The translations under genes were made by a program, and so were the position numbers. A stretch of 64,000 nucleotides of DNA from assembly GCA_051881435.1 (NCBI GenBank), contig JBJEPW010000001.1:3869-67868 (forward strand), in the 5' to 3' direction. Each line of letters begins with the position of its first letter. Positions within the stretch are counted from its first letter, which is position 1. Of the stretch, positions 18,446-27,747 are shown piece by piece. This stretch comes from Candidatus Fimenecus sp. (GTDB taxonomy: Bacteria > Bacillota > Clostridia > Oscillospirales > Acutalibacteraceae). Below the pieces are notes generated by a model, which worked only from the letters and a program-made list of their open reading frames with translations, searched no databases and was not told the DNA's origin.

Positions 18446-19498
18446 ATGAACATTTTCGTAGTCAATATACTGTTGACGATGCTTTGGGGCTTTATTCTGC
18501 TTAAAATAAAACCTACCAAAACAAAAAGAAAACTTTATATTGCTCTTATGAGTTTCAATTGGATATTGATCTCGGGACTTCGCGGTATGAGCGTGGGCGC
18601 TGATACGCTTTCCTACCGCAGACGTTTTGAACGCACTCTTTCTACACCGTGGAGCAAATTATTTGAAAACTTTTATGTTGTGTATGTCAACGAAGACGGT
18701 AAAGACCCGGGCTATTCCGTATTTGAAAAGCTTGTGCAGATTTTTACACAAAATTATCAGGTTTATCTTTTGATTGTAGCGGCGGTGTTTTTTATAGGCT
18801 TGGCGTTTTGGGTTTACCGTTATTCGTCTGAGCCTTGTATGAGCTACCTAATTTTTTCAGCATTTTTGTTCGGATTTTATGCATTAACAGGCTTACGTCA
18901 GACCATTGCCACGGTGCTTGTGGTATTTATCGGCACAAAGCTTATCGAAAAGCGAAAACTGATACCGTTTTTGCTGGTTGTGCTTGCGGCGTTTACCGTG
19001 CACAAATCCGCCATATGCTTTTTACCGTTTTACTTCCTTTCCCTTGTACCTATAAATAAAAAAAGTATTTTTGCAGTGCTTTGTGCAACGCCGATTATGT
19101 TTGCATGTAAGGACCAAATTTTCCGCGTTGTAGGCTATTTGGCCGGATATGAATATGATGAACTTGCCAACCACGGTGCGTACGGCTTTACCTTTATGTA
19201 TATCGCCGTTACGGTTGTTATGCTGGTTTTATTAAAACATATTCGCGAAAAATGCCCGCATTATAAAATGTATTATAACGCATTGTTTTTGGGACTTTTG
19301 TTCTTGCCGTTGGTATTTGTTAACCCTACGGCGATGCGTGTGGTGCAGTATTATTCGCTGTTTTTGATGCTTTCTGTGCCCGAGATTGTACGGGCTTTCG
19401 ACAAGAAAACAAGTAAAGTTATTTACACTTTGATGCTTGTTGTACTGTTTTCCGCAAGTAATGTGTATAGCTATGAATATGTATTCTTCTGGCAGTAG
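18446..19498 (+). CDS. EpsG-family / Wzy-like polysaccharide polymerase, copy 3
   Basis: 350 aa, most similar to copy 2. Confidence 0.7.
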   Translation: MNIFVVNILLTMLWGFILLKIKPTKTKRKLYIALMSFNWILISGLRGMSVGADTLSYRRRFERTLSTPWSKLFENFYVVYVNEDGKDPGYSVFEKLVQIFTQNYQVYLLIVAAVFFIGLAFWVYRYSSEPCMSYLIFSAFLFGFYALTGLRQTIATVLVVFIGTKLIEKRKLIPFLLVVLAAFTVHKSAICFLPFYFLSLVPINKKSIFAVLCATPIMFACKDQIFRVVGYLAGYEYDELANHGAYGFTFMYIAVTVVMLVLLKHIREKCPHYKMYYNALFLGLLFLPLVFVNPTAMRVVQYYSLFLMLSVPEIVRAFDKKTSKVIYTLMLVVLFSASNVYSYEYVFFWQ

Positions 19499-19507
19499 AG
19501 AGGAGTT

Positions 19508-20662
19508 GTGCATTTGAAAAAAATATACTATCTTTGCTATTTTGATATTCCCGAACACGCCGACCAACAGCGCAATTTCGTGCTTGCGGCGACAACAAAA
19601 TCCACTTATATTGCAGAGGCCTTTGTGAAAGCAGGTTACGAAGTGGAAATCGTTTCGGCGGCGGGAACCTGCGGCGGAAGCTTTTGCCCCGGCAGTGTAA
19701 CGCAGCTCTGCGAAAATCTGACATTGCGTTTGTTTGACGCGAAACCTGCAAAAACAACCGTTCAGCGTGTTCTTGCGCGCAGTTTTCTTAAAAAACAGTT
19801 AAAATCTTATCTTTTGACAAATGTAACTGAAGATGATATATTGCTTGTATATCATTCTCTTGGCTATATGGATTTGGTAAAGGAGTTACGCAGCAAAATA
19901 AATTGCAAAATTTGCTTAGATGTGGAGGAGATTTACGGCGATGTAATCGGCGATGAAAAGGTTAAACAAAAAGAGCTTTCTTTTTTCCCTTGTGCCGACA
20001 GTTATCTTTTCCCCACAGAGCTTTTAAGCAGAAAAGTGAATTTGAACGGCAAACCCGAGGCGGTAATTTACGGAACATACGAAAATCCGAAATCCTTTAC
20101 ATCACTTTTTGACGACGGTAAAATTCATTGTGTATATGCCGGCGTGTTAGAGCCTCGAAAAGGCGCAGGCACGGCAATTGCCGCTGCGGAATTTCTGCCT
20201 GAAAACTATCATATCCATATTATCGGCTTTGGCAGGGCAGAGGATGTGGCGGAAATTCAAAAACAGGTTGCCGAAATGTCCGCAAAAACCGAATGTACCG
20301 TCACCTTTGACGGCAAAAAAAGCGGTGACGAATATTTGCAGTTTTTGCAAAGCTGTCAGATTGGCTTCGTTACGCAAAATGCCGATGCGGCGTTTAACGA
20401 AACCTCTTTTCCATCAAAGGTGCTTTCTTATCTTTCCAACGGGCTTCGGGTGGTTTCGGTACGCATCAAAGCCATTGCGACCTCAAAGGTTGCCGATTTG
20501 CTGTATTTTTATGACGGAGACAGTCCCAAAGCGGTCGCAGACGCCATACAGTCGATTGACTTTTCGGACGGGTATGACAGCCGAAAGTGCCTTTCGGATT
20601 TGGATGCTTCTTTTATTGCAGACTGTGAAAAACTAACCGCGCGCGAAGGTGTGAATACATGA
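19508..20662 (+). CDS. putative GT-B fold glycosyltransferase (divergent)
   Basis: GTG/TTG start behind RBS AGAGGAG. C-terminal Rossmann half (HCVYAGVLEPRKG...SFPSKVLSYLSNG). Confidence 0.45.
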   Translation: MHLKKIYYLCYFDIPEHADQQRNFVLAATTKSTYIAEAFVKAGYEVEIVSAAGTCGGSFCPGSVTQLCENLTLRLFDAKPAKTTVQRVLARSFLKKQLKSYLLTNVTEDDILLVYHSLGYMDLVKELRSKINCKICLDVEEIYGDVIGDEKVKQKELSFFPCADSYLFPTELLSRKVNLNGKPEAVIYGTYENPKSFTSLFDDGKIHCVYAGVLEPRKGAGTAIAAAEFLPENYHIHIIGFGRAEDVAEIQKQVAEMSAKTECTVTFDGKKSGDEYLQFLQSCQIGFVTQNADAAFNETSFPSKVLSYLSNGLRVVSVRIKAIATSKVADLLYFYDGDSPKAVADAIQSIDFSDGYDSRKCLSDLDASFIADCEKLTAREGVNT

Positions 20663-22197
20663 ACAGAAAAATCGGAGTTATTTATTCTTATGTGCTGATG
20701 TTCGTTGAGGTTATCTCAGCAACCTTGTTCACACCGTTTTTAATTCGCTCTCTCGGGCAGTCGGAATACGGTGTATATCAGCTTGTCTATTCCGTCACGG
20801 CATATTTAATGCTGTTGGACCTGGGTATCGGCAATGCGGTTATTCGGTATATGGCGAAATACCGTACGGAAAACAATAAAAAAAAGCAAGAGGAATTTTT
20901 GGGAATTGCCACGCTGTTTTACGGTATTATCGCTTTTATTGTACTGATTGTCGGCGCTGTGCTGTTGGTGATTTTCCCGACCGCATTTGCAAAAGGCTTA
21001 ACGCCGGAGGAAATTTCTGTCGGAAGAAAGCTTTTGACGGTCACCATTCTCTCTACGGCGGTGACTTTGGGCACATCGAGCTTTGCCACCACCTTGATGG
21101 CATATGAACGCTTTTCCTTTTCAAAGGGATTGAGCATTTTGTTTTCCCTTTTGAAAATAATTTTTTCGTTAATCGCATTGTTGCTCGGTATGCGCTCTTT
21201 GGGCGTTGTGATGGTGCATTTCATCTCCAATGTGCTGACGCGCGGTGCATATACCGTGTTCGTACTGTTTAAACTTAAACTGAAACCGAAATTTAAAAAT
21301 CCCGATTTCGGATTTGTGAAAGAAACGGTTTCCTATTCCGCATTTGTGCTTTTACAAATGATTGCCACGCAGATAAACTCCATGACAGATTCGGTGCTTT
21401 TAGGCATTTTGGCAAAGGGCTCTTCGGTGATTATCGCCGTGTACGGAGCAGGCGCACAGATTGTGCAATATTTCAAAACCGTTGCAAGTCATATTAACAG
21501 CGTGTTAATGGCAGGCGTGGTGCGCTTGGTAGAAAGCGGCGCAAATGCTAAGGCATTGCAAAACGAAATGGTGCGTATCGGCAGAATTGTTTTTATGATG
21601 CTCGGTATGGTTTTTACGGTTTTTCTTGTCAACGGTACCGATTTTATGGTATTATGGGCAGGGGAAAACTATCGGCAGGGCTATATGGTAGCCGTGGCGA
21701 TTATGGCGCCCACAATGTTTACCCTTGTGCAGTCTATCGGCAATCAGATTTTGTGGGCGATGAATAAGCACCGTACGCAAGCGGTGGTGCAAATTGTTTC
21801 TGCGCTGATTAACATTGTATTAACCGCATTTTTAATTAAATGGAATCCGCTTATCGGCGCGGTTATCGGCTCTGTGATTGCGTTGACTGTCGGCGATGTT
21901 CTTTGTATGAATGTTATGTTCAAAAAAGAAATCGGCATAAGCTTAATCGGCTATTATATGGGGCTTTTCAAAGGCATTTTACCGTCGCTTTTGCTTTCCG
22001 GCGGGGCAGGGCTCTTGTTCAATTTGATTGGGCTCTCCAAATTCGGTTGGCTCGGTTTTATTGTAAATTGCGGCGTGATGGTGTTGGTATATGGCATTTG
22101 TATGCTGATCTTTGGTATGAATACATCCGAAAAACGGATGATTTTCAATATATTCAAAAAAATTTTTGTAAAACTGCATTTGATAAAAGGAGAATGA
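20659..22197 (+). CDS. wzx: Wzx-type oligosaccharide flippase (MOP superfamily)
   Basis: 512 aa, ~14 TM, polysaccharide-biosynthesis-protein-like N-terminus. ATGA overlap with the upstream gene. Confidence 0.75.
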   Translation: MNRKIGVIYSYVLMFVEVISATLFTPFLIRSLGQSEYGVYQLVYSVTAYLMLLDLGIGNAVIRYMAKYRTENNKKKQEEFLGIATLFYGIIAFIVLIVGAVLLVIFPTAFAKGLTPEEISVGRKLLTVTILSTAVTLGTSSFATTLMAYERFSFSKGLSILFSLLKIIFSLIALLLGMRSLGVVMVHFISNVLTRGAYTVFVLFKLKLKPKFKNPDFGFVKETVSYSAFVLLQMIATQINSMTDSVLLGILAKGSSVIIAVYGAGAQIVQYFKTVASHINSVLMAGVVRLVESGANAKALQNEMVRIGRIVFMMLGMVFTVFLVNGTDFMVLWAGENYRQGYMVAVAIMAPTMFTLVQSIGNQILWAMNKHRTQAVVQIVSALINIVLTAFLIKWNPLIGAVIGSVIALTVGDVLCMNVMFKKEIGISLIGYYMGLFKGILPSLLLSGGAGLLFNLIGLSKFGWLGFIVNCGVMVLVYGICMLIFGMNTSEKRMIFNIFKKIFVKLHLIKGE

Positions 22198-22200
22198 CTT

Positions 22201-23238
22201 ATGTTTAAAGACAAAACCTTAATGATAACAGGCGGTACGGGCTCATTCGGCAATACGGTGCTTCGTCGCTTTTTGCAAACGGATATAGGCGAAATCCGTG
22301 TATTTTCCCGTGATGAGAAAAAGCAGGACGATATGCGCCATGAGTTCCAGCAGACAATGCCCGAGGTCAGCGATAAGTTAAAATTCTACATCGGCGATGT
22401 TCGTGATTTGCAGTCGGTAAAGAATGCAATGCACGGTGTTGACTATATTTTCCATGCCGCAGCATTAAAGCAGGTGCCCTCCTGCGAGTTTTTCCCCGTT
22501 GAAGCGGTTAAAACTAATGTTTTGGGTACTGATAATGTGCTCACCGCCGCTATTGAAGAGGGCGTAAAGTGTGTTATCTGCCTTTCTACCGACAAGGCGG
22601 CATATCCCGTAAACGCTATGGGTACATCAAAAGCGATGATGGAAAAGGTTGTTGTGGCAAAATCCAGAACAGTTGCACCTGAAAAGACAAAAATCTGCTG
22701 CACCCGTTACGGTAATGTGCTGTGCTCACGCGGTTCTGTTGTGCCGCTGTGGATTGACCAAATCCGTGAGGGCAAGCCCATAACCATTACAGAACCGGCT
22801 ATGACAAGATTTGTAATGAGCCTTGAAGAAGCAGTTGACCTTGTGCTGTTCGCATTCCGGAACGGCGAAAGCGGTGATATTCTCGTTCAGAAAGCGCCTG
22901 CATGTACCATTGAAGTGCTGGCACAGGCTGTTAAAGAGCTGTTCGCACCCGATACGGAAATTAAGGTTATCGGTATTCGCCACGGTGAAAAAATGTATGA
23001 GACGCTCCTTACAAACGAGGAGTGCGCAAATGCTATTGATATGGGCGATTTCTACCGTGTGCCTGCGGACAAGCGCTCATTAAACTACGATAAATACTTC
23101 AAGGACGGCGACAAAAAGCGCAACACCTTGACCGAATTTAACTCCAACAACACCGACCTTTGGACAGTAGAACAGGTTAAAGAAAAGCTTCTTTCCTTGA
23201 AATACATTCAAGATGAACTTGCTAATTGGGAGAAATAA
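22201..23238 (+). CDS. fnlA: UDP-GlcNAc 4,6-dehydratase/5-epimerase, FnlA/CapE/WbjB type
   Basis: ITGGTGSFGN. STDKAAYPVNAMGTSKAMMEK has Met where the SDR Tyr normally sits, which I recall as the CapE/FnlA hallmark. Confidence 0.85.
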   Translation: MFKDKTLMITGGTGSFGNTVLRRFLQTDIGEIRVFSRDEKKQDDMRHEFQQTMPEVSDKLKFYIGDVRDLQSVKNAMHGVDYIFHAAALKQVPSCEFFPVEAVKTNVLGTDNVLTAAIEEGVKCVICLSTDKAAYPVNAMGTSKAMMEKVVVAKSRTVAPEKTKICCTRYGNVLCSRGSVVPLWIDQIREGKPITITEPAMTRFVMSLEEAVDLVLFAFRNGESGDILVQKAPACTIEVLAQAVKELFAPDTEIKVIGIRHGEKMYETLLTNEECANAIDMGDFYRVPADKRSLNYDKYFKDGDKKRNTLTEFNSNNTDLWTVEQVKEKLLSLKYIQDELANWEK

Positions 23239-23242
23239 GACG

Positions 23243-24388
23243 ATGAAAATTTTAGTCACCGGCGCAAACGGCTTTGTCGGTAAAAATTTAATTGCAACGC
23301 TTAAAAATATTCGTGACGGAAAGGACAAATCTCACGGTTTGCCAACGGATTTGGAAATTTTCGCCTATGATTTGGGTGTTCCCGAAGAGGATTTTGAGCG
23401 GTACTGCGCCGAATGTGATTTCGTTTACAATTTGGTCGGCGTGCATCGCCCGAAAGACGAAAGCGAGTTTATGAAAGGCAATTTCGGCTTTTTGACTACG
23501 CTTTTGGATACACTTAAAAAGTATAACAACACTTGTCCCATTCTGTTTTCTTCCTCTATTCAGGCTGAATTTCAAAATCCCTATGGGGAAAGTAAGCGGG
23601 CGGCGGAAGAAGCCTTGTTCAAATACGGCGAGGAAACAGGTGCAAAGGTGATTATCTACCGTTTTCCCAATTTGTTCGGTAAATGGTGCAGACCGAATTA
23701 CAACAGCGTTGTGGCAACTTTTTGCAACAATATTGCCAACGGTCTGCCTATTGAAATCCGCGACCGTAATTATGAAATGACGCTTTTGTATATTGACGAT
23801 GTGGTTGATGAGCTTTTGAGAGCGCTCAAAGGCGATGAAACAAAAAACGGTGAGTTTTGCGCCGTTCCTGTTTTCCATAAAGCCACTCTCGGTGAAATTG
23901 CGGATTTGATTTATTCTTTCAAGGAGAGCCGTGAAAATAAGCTTGTGCCTGATATGACAGAGGGAAGCTTTTCAAAGAAATTGTACAGCACTTATCTTTC
24001 ATATCTTCCCAAGGACGGTTTTTCCTATCCTTTGAAAATGAATGTGGATGAAAGAGGCTCGTTTACGGAAATTTTGAGAACGGTAAACAACGGTCAGTTT
24101 TCGGTGAACATTTCAAAGCCCGGTATTACAAAAGGTCAGCATTGGCATCACACGAAAAACGAAAAATTCCTCGTTGTCAGCGGTAAGGGCGTTATCCGCT
24201 TCCGCAAAATTGACAGCGATGAAGTGATTGAATACTTTGTTTCGGGAGATAAATTAGAAGTTGTGGATATTCCCACGGGCTATACCCACAACATTGAAAA
24301 TTTGGGTGATACGGATATGGTCACATTTATGTGGTGCAATGAGTGCTTTAACCCCGAAAAACCCGATACATTTTTTGAGGTGGTATAA
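23243..24388 (+). CDS. fnlB: UDP-2-acetamido-2,6-dideoxy-hexose reductase/epimerase, FnlB/CapF type (SDR + C-terminal cupin)
   Basis: Start trimmed to MKILVTGANGFVGKNL. C-terminal cupin GQHWHHTKNEKFLVVSG. Confidence 0.85.
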   Translation: MKILVTGANGFVGKNLIATLKNIRDGKDKSHGLPTDLEIFAYDLGVPEEDFERYCAECDFVYNLVGVHRPKDESEFMKGNFGFLTTLLDTLKKYNNTCPILFSSSIQAEFQNPYGESKRAAEEALFKYGEETGAKVIIYRFPNLFGKWCRPNYNSVVATFCNNIANGLPIEIRDRNYEMTLLYIDDVVDELLRALKGDETKNGEFCAVPVFHKATLGEIADLIYSFKESRENKLVPDMTEGSFSKKLYSTYLSYLPKDGFSYPLKMNVDERGSFTEILRTVNNGQFSVNISKPGITKGQHWHHTKNEKFLVVSGKGVIRFRKIDSDEVIEYFVSGDKLEVVDIPTGYTHNIENLGDTDMVTFMWCNECFNPEKPDTFFEVV

Positions 24389-24390
24389 AA

Positions 24391-25575
24391 ATGGACATAA
24401 GAACAGATTATTCCGATGTGAAATTCCAAAACAATGGGAAATTAAAACTCTTGATTATCGTCGGAACACGGCCGGAAATTATCCGTTTGGCGGCGGTTAT
24501 CGACAAGTGCCGTAAATATTTTGACTGTATTCTTGCTCACACGGGACAGAACTATGATTACAACCTCAACGGAGTATTCTTTAAGGATTTAAAGCTTAAA
24601 GAGCCTGAGGTGTATATGGACGCCGTCGGTGATGACCTTGGTGCAACCGTAGGCAATATCATAAACGCCTCCTATAAGCTGATGACGCAGATTAAGCCCG
24701 ACGCGCTGTTGATATTAGGCGATACAAACTCCTGCCTTTCCGCAATTCCTGCGAAAAGACTCCATATTCCCATATTCCATATGGAGGCGGGCAACCGTTG
24801 TAAGGATGAGTGCCTGCCTGAGGAAACCAACCGCCGTATAGTTGATATTATTGCTGATGTGAATATGGCGTATTCAGAGCATGCACGCCGCTATCTTGCA
24901 GATTGCGGTCTGCCGAAAGAGCGCACTTATGTTACAGGCTCACCCATGGCAGAGGTACTGCATAATAATTTAGAAGAAATTGAAAAATCAGATATTCACG
25001 CGCGGTTAGGGCTTCAAAAGGGCAAATATATTTTGCTTTCCGCACACCGTGAGGAAAATCTTGATACAGAAAAGAATTTCCTTTCCCTGTTCAATGCCAT
25101 CAACAAAACTGCGGAAAAATACGATATGCCCATACTTTATTCCTGCCATCCGCGCAGTAAAAAGCGTCTTGCAGAGAGCGGTTTTAAGCTTGATAGCCGT
25201 GTAATTCAGCATGAGCCCTTGGGCTTCCACGATTACAACTGCCTGCAAATGAACGCTTTTGCCGTGGTTTCGGATTCAGGCACATTGCCTGAGGAGAGCT
25301 CGTATTTTACAAGTGTCGGCAAGCCGTTCCCCGCTGTTTGTATCCGTACCTCCACTGAGCGCCCCGAGGCGCTTGATAAAGCCTGCTTTGTGCTTGCGGG
25401 TATTGATGAAAAATCCCTTTTGCAGGCCATTGAAACGGCTGTGGAAATGAATAAAAACGGCGATTTAGGCATTCCCGTACCTGATTATATTGATGAGAAT
25501 GTATCGTCAAAGGTTGTTAAAATTGTTCAGTCTTATACAGGCATAGTTGATAAGATGGTTTGGAGAAAGTATTAA
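24391..25575 (+). CDS. fnlC: non-hydrolysing UDP-HexNAc 2-epimerase, FnlC/CapG type
   Basis: IVGTRPEIIRL, HMEAGNR, PEE.NRR motifs. Third gene of the L-FucNAc triad. Confidence 0.85.
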   Translation: MDIRTDYSDVKFQNNGKLKLLIIVGTRPEIIRLAAVIDKCRKYFDCILAHTGQNYDYNLNGVFFKDLKLKEPEVYMDAVGDDLGATVGNIINASYKLMTQIKPDALLILGDTNSCLSAIPAKRLHIPIFHMEAGNRCKDECLPEETNRRIVDIIADVNMAYSEHARRYLADCGLPKERTYVTGSPMAEVLHNNLEEIEKSDIHARLGLQKGKYILLSAHREENLDTEKNFLSLFNAINKTAEKYDMPILYSCHPRSKKRLAESGFKLDSRVIQHEPLGFHDYNCLQMNAFAVVSDSGTLPEESSYFTSVGKPFPAVCIRTSTERPEALDKACFVLAGIDEKSLLQAIETAVEMNKNGDLGIPVPDYIDENVSSKVVKIVQSYTGIVDKMVWRKY

Positions 25576-25584
25576 GGCGATTAT

Positions 25585-26040
25585 ATGCGAAGAAAAGACA
25601 GAGAGATGAGCAGGGAGTTTGCAATAAGCGTTGCCGACAAATGCGAATACGCCGTGCTGTCGGTAATAACTCCCGATAGTAAGCCCTATGCAGTTGCTTT
25701 AAGCGTTGTCCGCGGCGGAGAGTATATGTATTTTCACTGCGCTGAAACGGGCGAGAAAATCGACTGTTTCAGGGCGAATCCCATAGGCTGTATGGTCTGT
25801 GTGGGCGATACCGAACGCCAAAAGGACAAGTTCACCACAAAATTTGAGTCGGCGGTAATAAAGGGCAGGCTTTTTGAGGTTACGGACGAAGAAGAAAAAA
25901 TATTCGCACTTAAAATCCTTTGCGAGCGCCATACGCCTGAAAATATGCCCAATTTCGACGAGGCAATAAAGAAAAGTCTTGCACGCACGGCAATTTGGAA
26001 AATGTCTATTGACGAAATTACGGGCAAATGCAAAAAATAA
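25585..26040 (+). CDS. pyridoxamine 5'-phosphate oxidase (FMN split-barrel, NimA-like) family protein
   Basis: MRRKDREMSREFA start typical of this family, 151 aa. Confidence 0.7.
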   Translation: MRRKDREMSREFAISVADKCEYAVLSVITPDSKPYAVALSVVRGGEYMYFHCAETGEKIDCFRANPIGCMVCVGDTERQKDKFTTKFESAVIKGRLFEVTDEEEKIFALKILCERHTPENMPNFDEAIKKSLARTAIWKMSIDEITGKCKK

Positions 26041-26044
26041 AAGA

Positions 26045-26066
26045 GGGACGATGATTTCATCGTCCC
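26045..26066 (+). terminator. hairpin after locus 1 (weak intrinsic terminator)
   Basis: GGGACGATG-ATTT-CATCGTCCC, a 9-bp stem. Only a weak U-tract follows. Confidence 0.45.
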
Positions 26067-26164
26067 CTTAAAATTATACCAAAATCAGCAGTTAAGAATG
26101 TATGGTCGATTCACGAATCGTCCGCAAAATCACGATAAAACTCACGGCGAGAACTAATTTTTGT

Positions 26165-26291
26165 CCCCTCTGACGAGGGGGCTGTCATTTTTGTAAAAAA
26201 ATGACTGGGGGAGAGATTTTCAAAGGTCTAAAAACTTTTCTCTCCCTCCGTCTTTTGCTTCGCAAAATCCACCTCCCTCGTCAGAGGGAGG
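26165..26291. repeat. structured intergenic element bounded by inverted copies of a 14-nt hairpin core
   Basis: CCCTCTGACGAGGG (26166-26179) and its exact reverse complement CCCTCGTCAGAGGG (26275-26288). Two further hairpins lie between them (26184-26205, 26209-26246). Confidence 0.5.
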
Positions 26292-26338
26292 AAAAGGTTT
26301 GCTGTAATTCTCAACTTTCCATTTTCAACTTTCAATTT

Positions 26339-27619
26339 TTACTTTGTCCTTTCCTCCATAACCTTTTCCAATACCTTGGAAAGGCAAAGTGGGTGGCTTT
26401 CAGGCGTATCGGCATTAAGAGCCCAAATCATAATACCGCCTACCCCTGCATACACGCAAAATGCTGTTTTGTCCTCAATCATTTGGGCGGAATTGTAAAA
26501 TCTGGGTTTTACGGTGATTTCCTTTTGCTTCCAATCCAAATCACGGTATTCGTCCTCCACAACATTGGTGAATTTATCCATTTTGTCAACCTCGGCGCTG
26601 TAATCCTTCCAATATCCGGCTCCGTCAACAGGACGGGCATAATAGGGAAGTCCCAAATCAAGTTGAGAAAGCTTGAAGCCTTTGCGGACAAAATGATAAA
26701 CTGCATTGGGACCGTCGCTGAAAAACTCGGAATGGTGGCCGTCAATGTCCCTTTTCATATTGTCATATGTCATTACCTCGGCAACATTAATGCAATCAAG
26801 TGCTTTTTGGCTGAAATGATATGGCATCCACGAGGGGAGGGCAAGGGTGATGGTTTTTTCTTTGATAGCTTCTTTTAAGCGAATAATGAACTTGTCGAAC
26901 ACACGCCATTCGTACAGATTTTTCGGAAACTCCCAATCAAATGAAACGCCGTTAAGGTTATATTCATCCAAAAACGCTTTGATATTGCGTGGCGTTTCGG
27001 GATTTTTTAAGGCTTTCAGAATATCGCCTCTCGGGAACAGCGTCACAACAATGTCTGCGTTGGGGTCGTAGTTCCGAACAAGCGCCAATGCGTCGTGGAA
27101 TTTATCGGTTTTAAAATAGACTTTACCCTCAGTATCCGTTTCAATACCGCCGATTATGTTGAATTTGTTGTAATGCTTCAAATTATCGGGGTCAATTTGT
27201 TCTAAAATGTCTGTTACCACATAGGCGGTTCTGCGAAAATCGGTTTCTTTTTTAGGAAGATGATATGCGAACGCCTGAATGTCCTTGAAAAAGCCCTTTC
27301 GGGTATTGCAGATTTTAATGCGTATTGTTTTCGTCCTAATTTCATCAATGGCGCAAAGGCGAAAATCCGCAATACGGTTTTGACGGTAAATCCTTGTAAA
27401 CTCCCCGTTTTGCTCATAATAAATTTCAAAGTCCGTTACATTGTTGCCGTTTTCAAAAAGCGTAATCAAATTAACGGCGGTGGGGGCTTCAAAGGTCAAG
27501 TCAAGATAATCTCCGTTTTTACCTTTAAATGTTCCCTCTGCAACGGGACGGTTGCCGTCAAAGGACTCCTTGTGGATTTTAAAGTAGTTAAGTCGTAAAA
27601 AAGTCGGTACAAGTTTCAT
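26339..27619 (-). CDS. glycoside hydrolase family 18 protein (chitinase / endo-beta-N-acetylglucosaminidase-like), no signal peptide seen
   Basis: NGVSFDWEFP catalytic-motif region and C-terminal GGIMIWALNAD. N-terminal ~120 aa is a beta-sandwich-like extra domain. Confidence 0.7.
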   Translation of the reverse strand: MKLVPTFLRLNYFKIHKESFDGNRPVAEGTFKGKNGDYLDLTFEAPTAVNLITLFENGNNVTDFEIYYEQNGEFTRIYRQNRIADFRLCAIDEIRTKTIRIKICNTRKGFFKDIQAFAYHLPKKETDFRRTAYVVTDILEQIDPDNLKHYNKFNIIGGIETDTEGKVYFKTDKFHDALALVRNYDPNADIVVTLFPRGDILKALKNPETPRNIKAFLDEYNLNGVSFDWEFPKNLYEWRVFDKFIIRLKEAIKEKTITLALPSWMPYHFSQKALDCINVAEVMTYDNMKRDIDGHHSEFFSDGPNAVYHFVRKGFKLSQLDLGLPYYARPVDGAGYWKDYSAEVDKMDKFTNVVEDEYRDLDWKQKEITVKPRFYNSAQMIEDKTAFCVYAGVGGIMIWALNADTPESHPLCLSKVLEKVMEERTK

Positions 27620-27684
27620 TTTTTTACCTCATTATGTCATTATATAAATAAATTATATTACAATGATACACCGGTTTATGTATT

Positions 27685-27733
27685 AAAAAATCCCCTTGGG
27701 TGAAGCAGTTTTGATAAGCAACACCTAAGGGGA
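27685..27733 (-). terminator. intrinsic terminator after the NahK-like gene
   Basis: On the minus strand, UCCCCUUAGGUG ... CACCCAAGGGGA stem (one mismatch) followed by UUUUUU. Confidence 0.7.
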
Positions 27734-27747
27734 CCGCTTTAATAAAC

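Noticed and set aside
16313-19498. Possibility that the three 350-codon genes are an assembly artefact or very recent duplication
   Set aside because: The copies differ extensively at the nucleotide and protein level (about half to two-thirds identity by eye) and have distinct spacers, which is not what a collapsed or expanded repeat would give. The array is kept as a genuine finding.
26201-26878. 225-aa plus-strand ORF spanning the structured spacer and the 3' part of the GH18 gene
   Set aside because: It starts inside hairpin repeats and is antisense to a well-supported GH18 CDS. It has low-complexity translation and no RBS.
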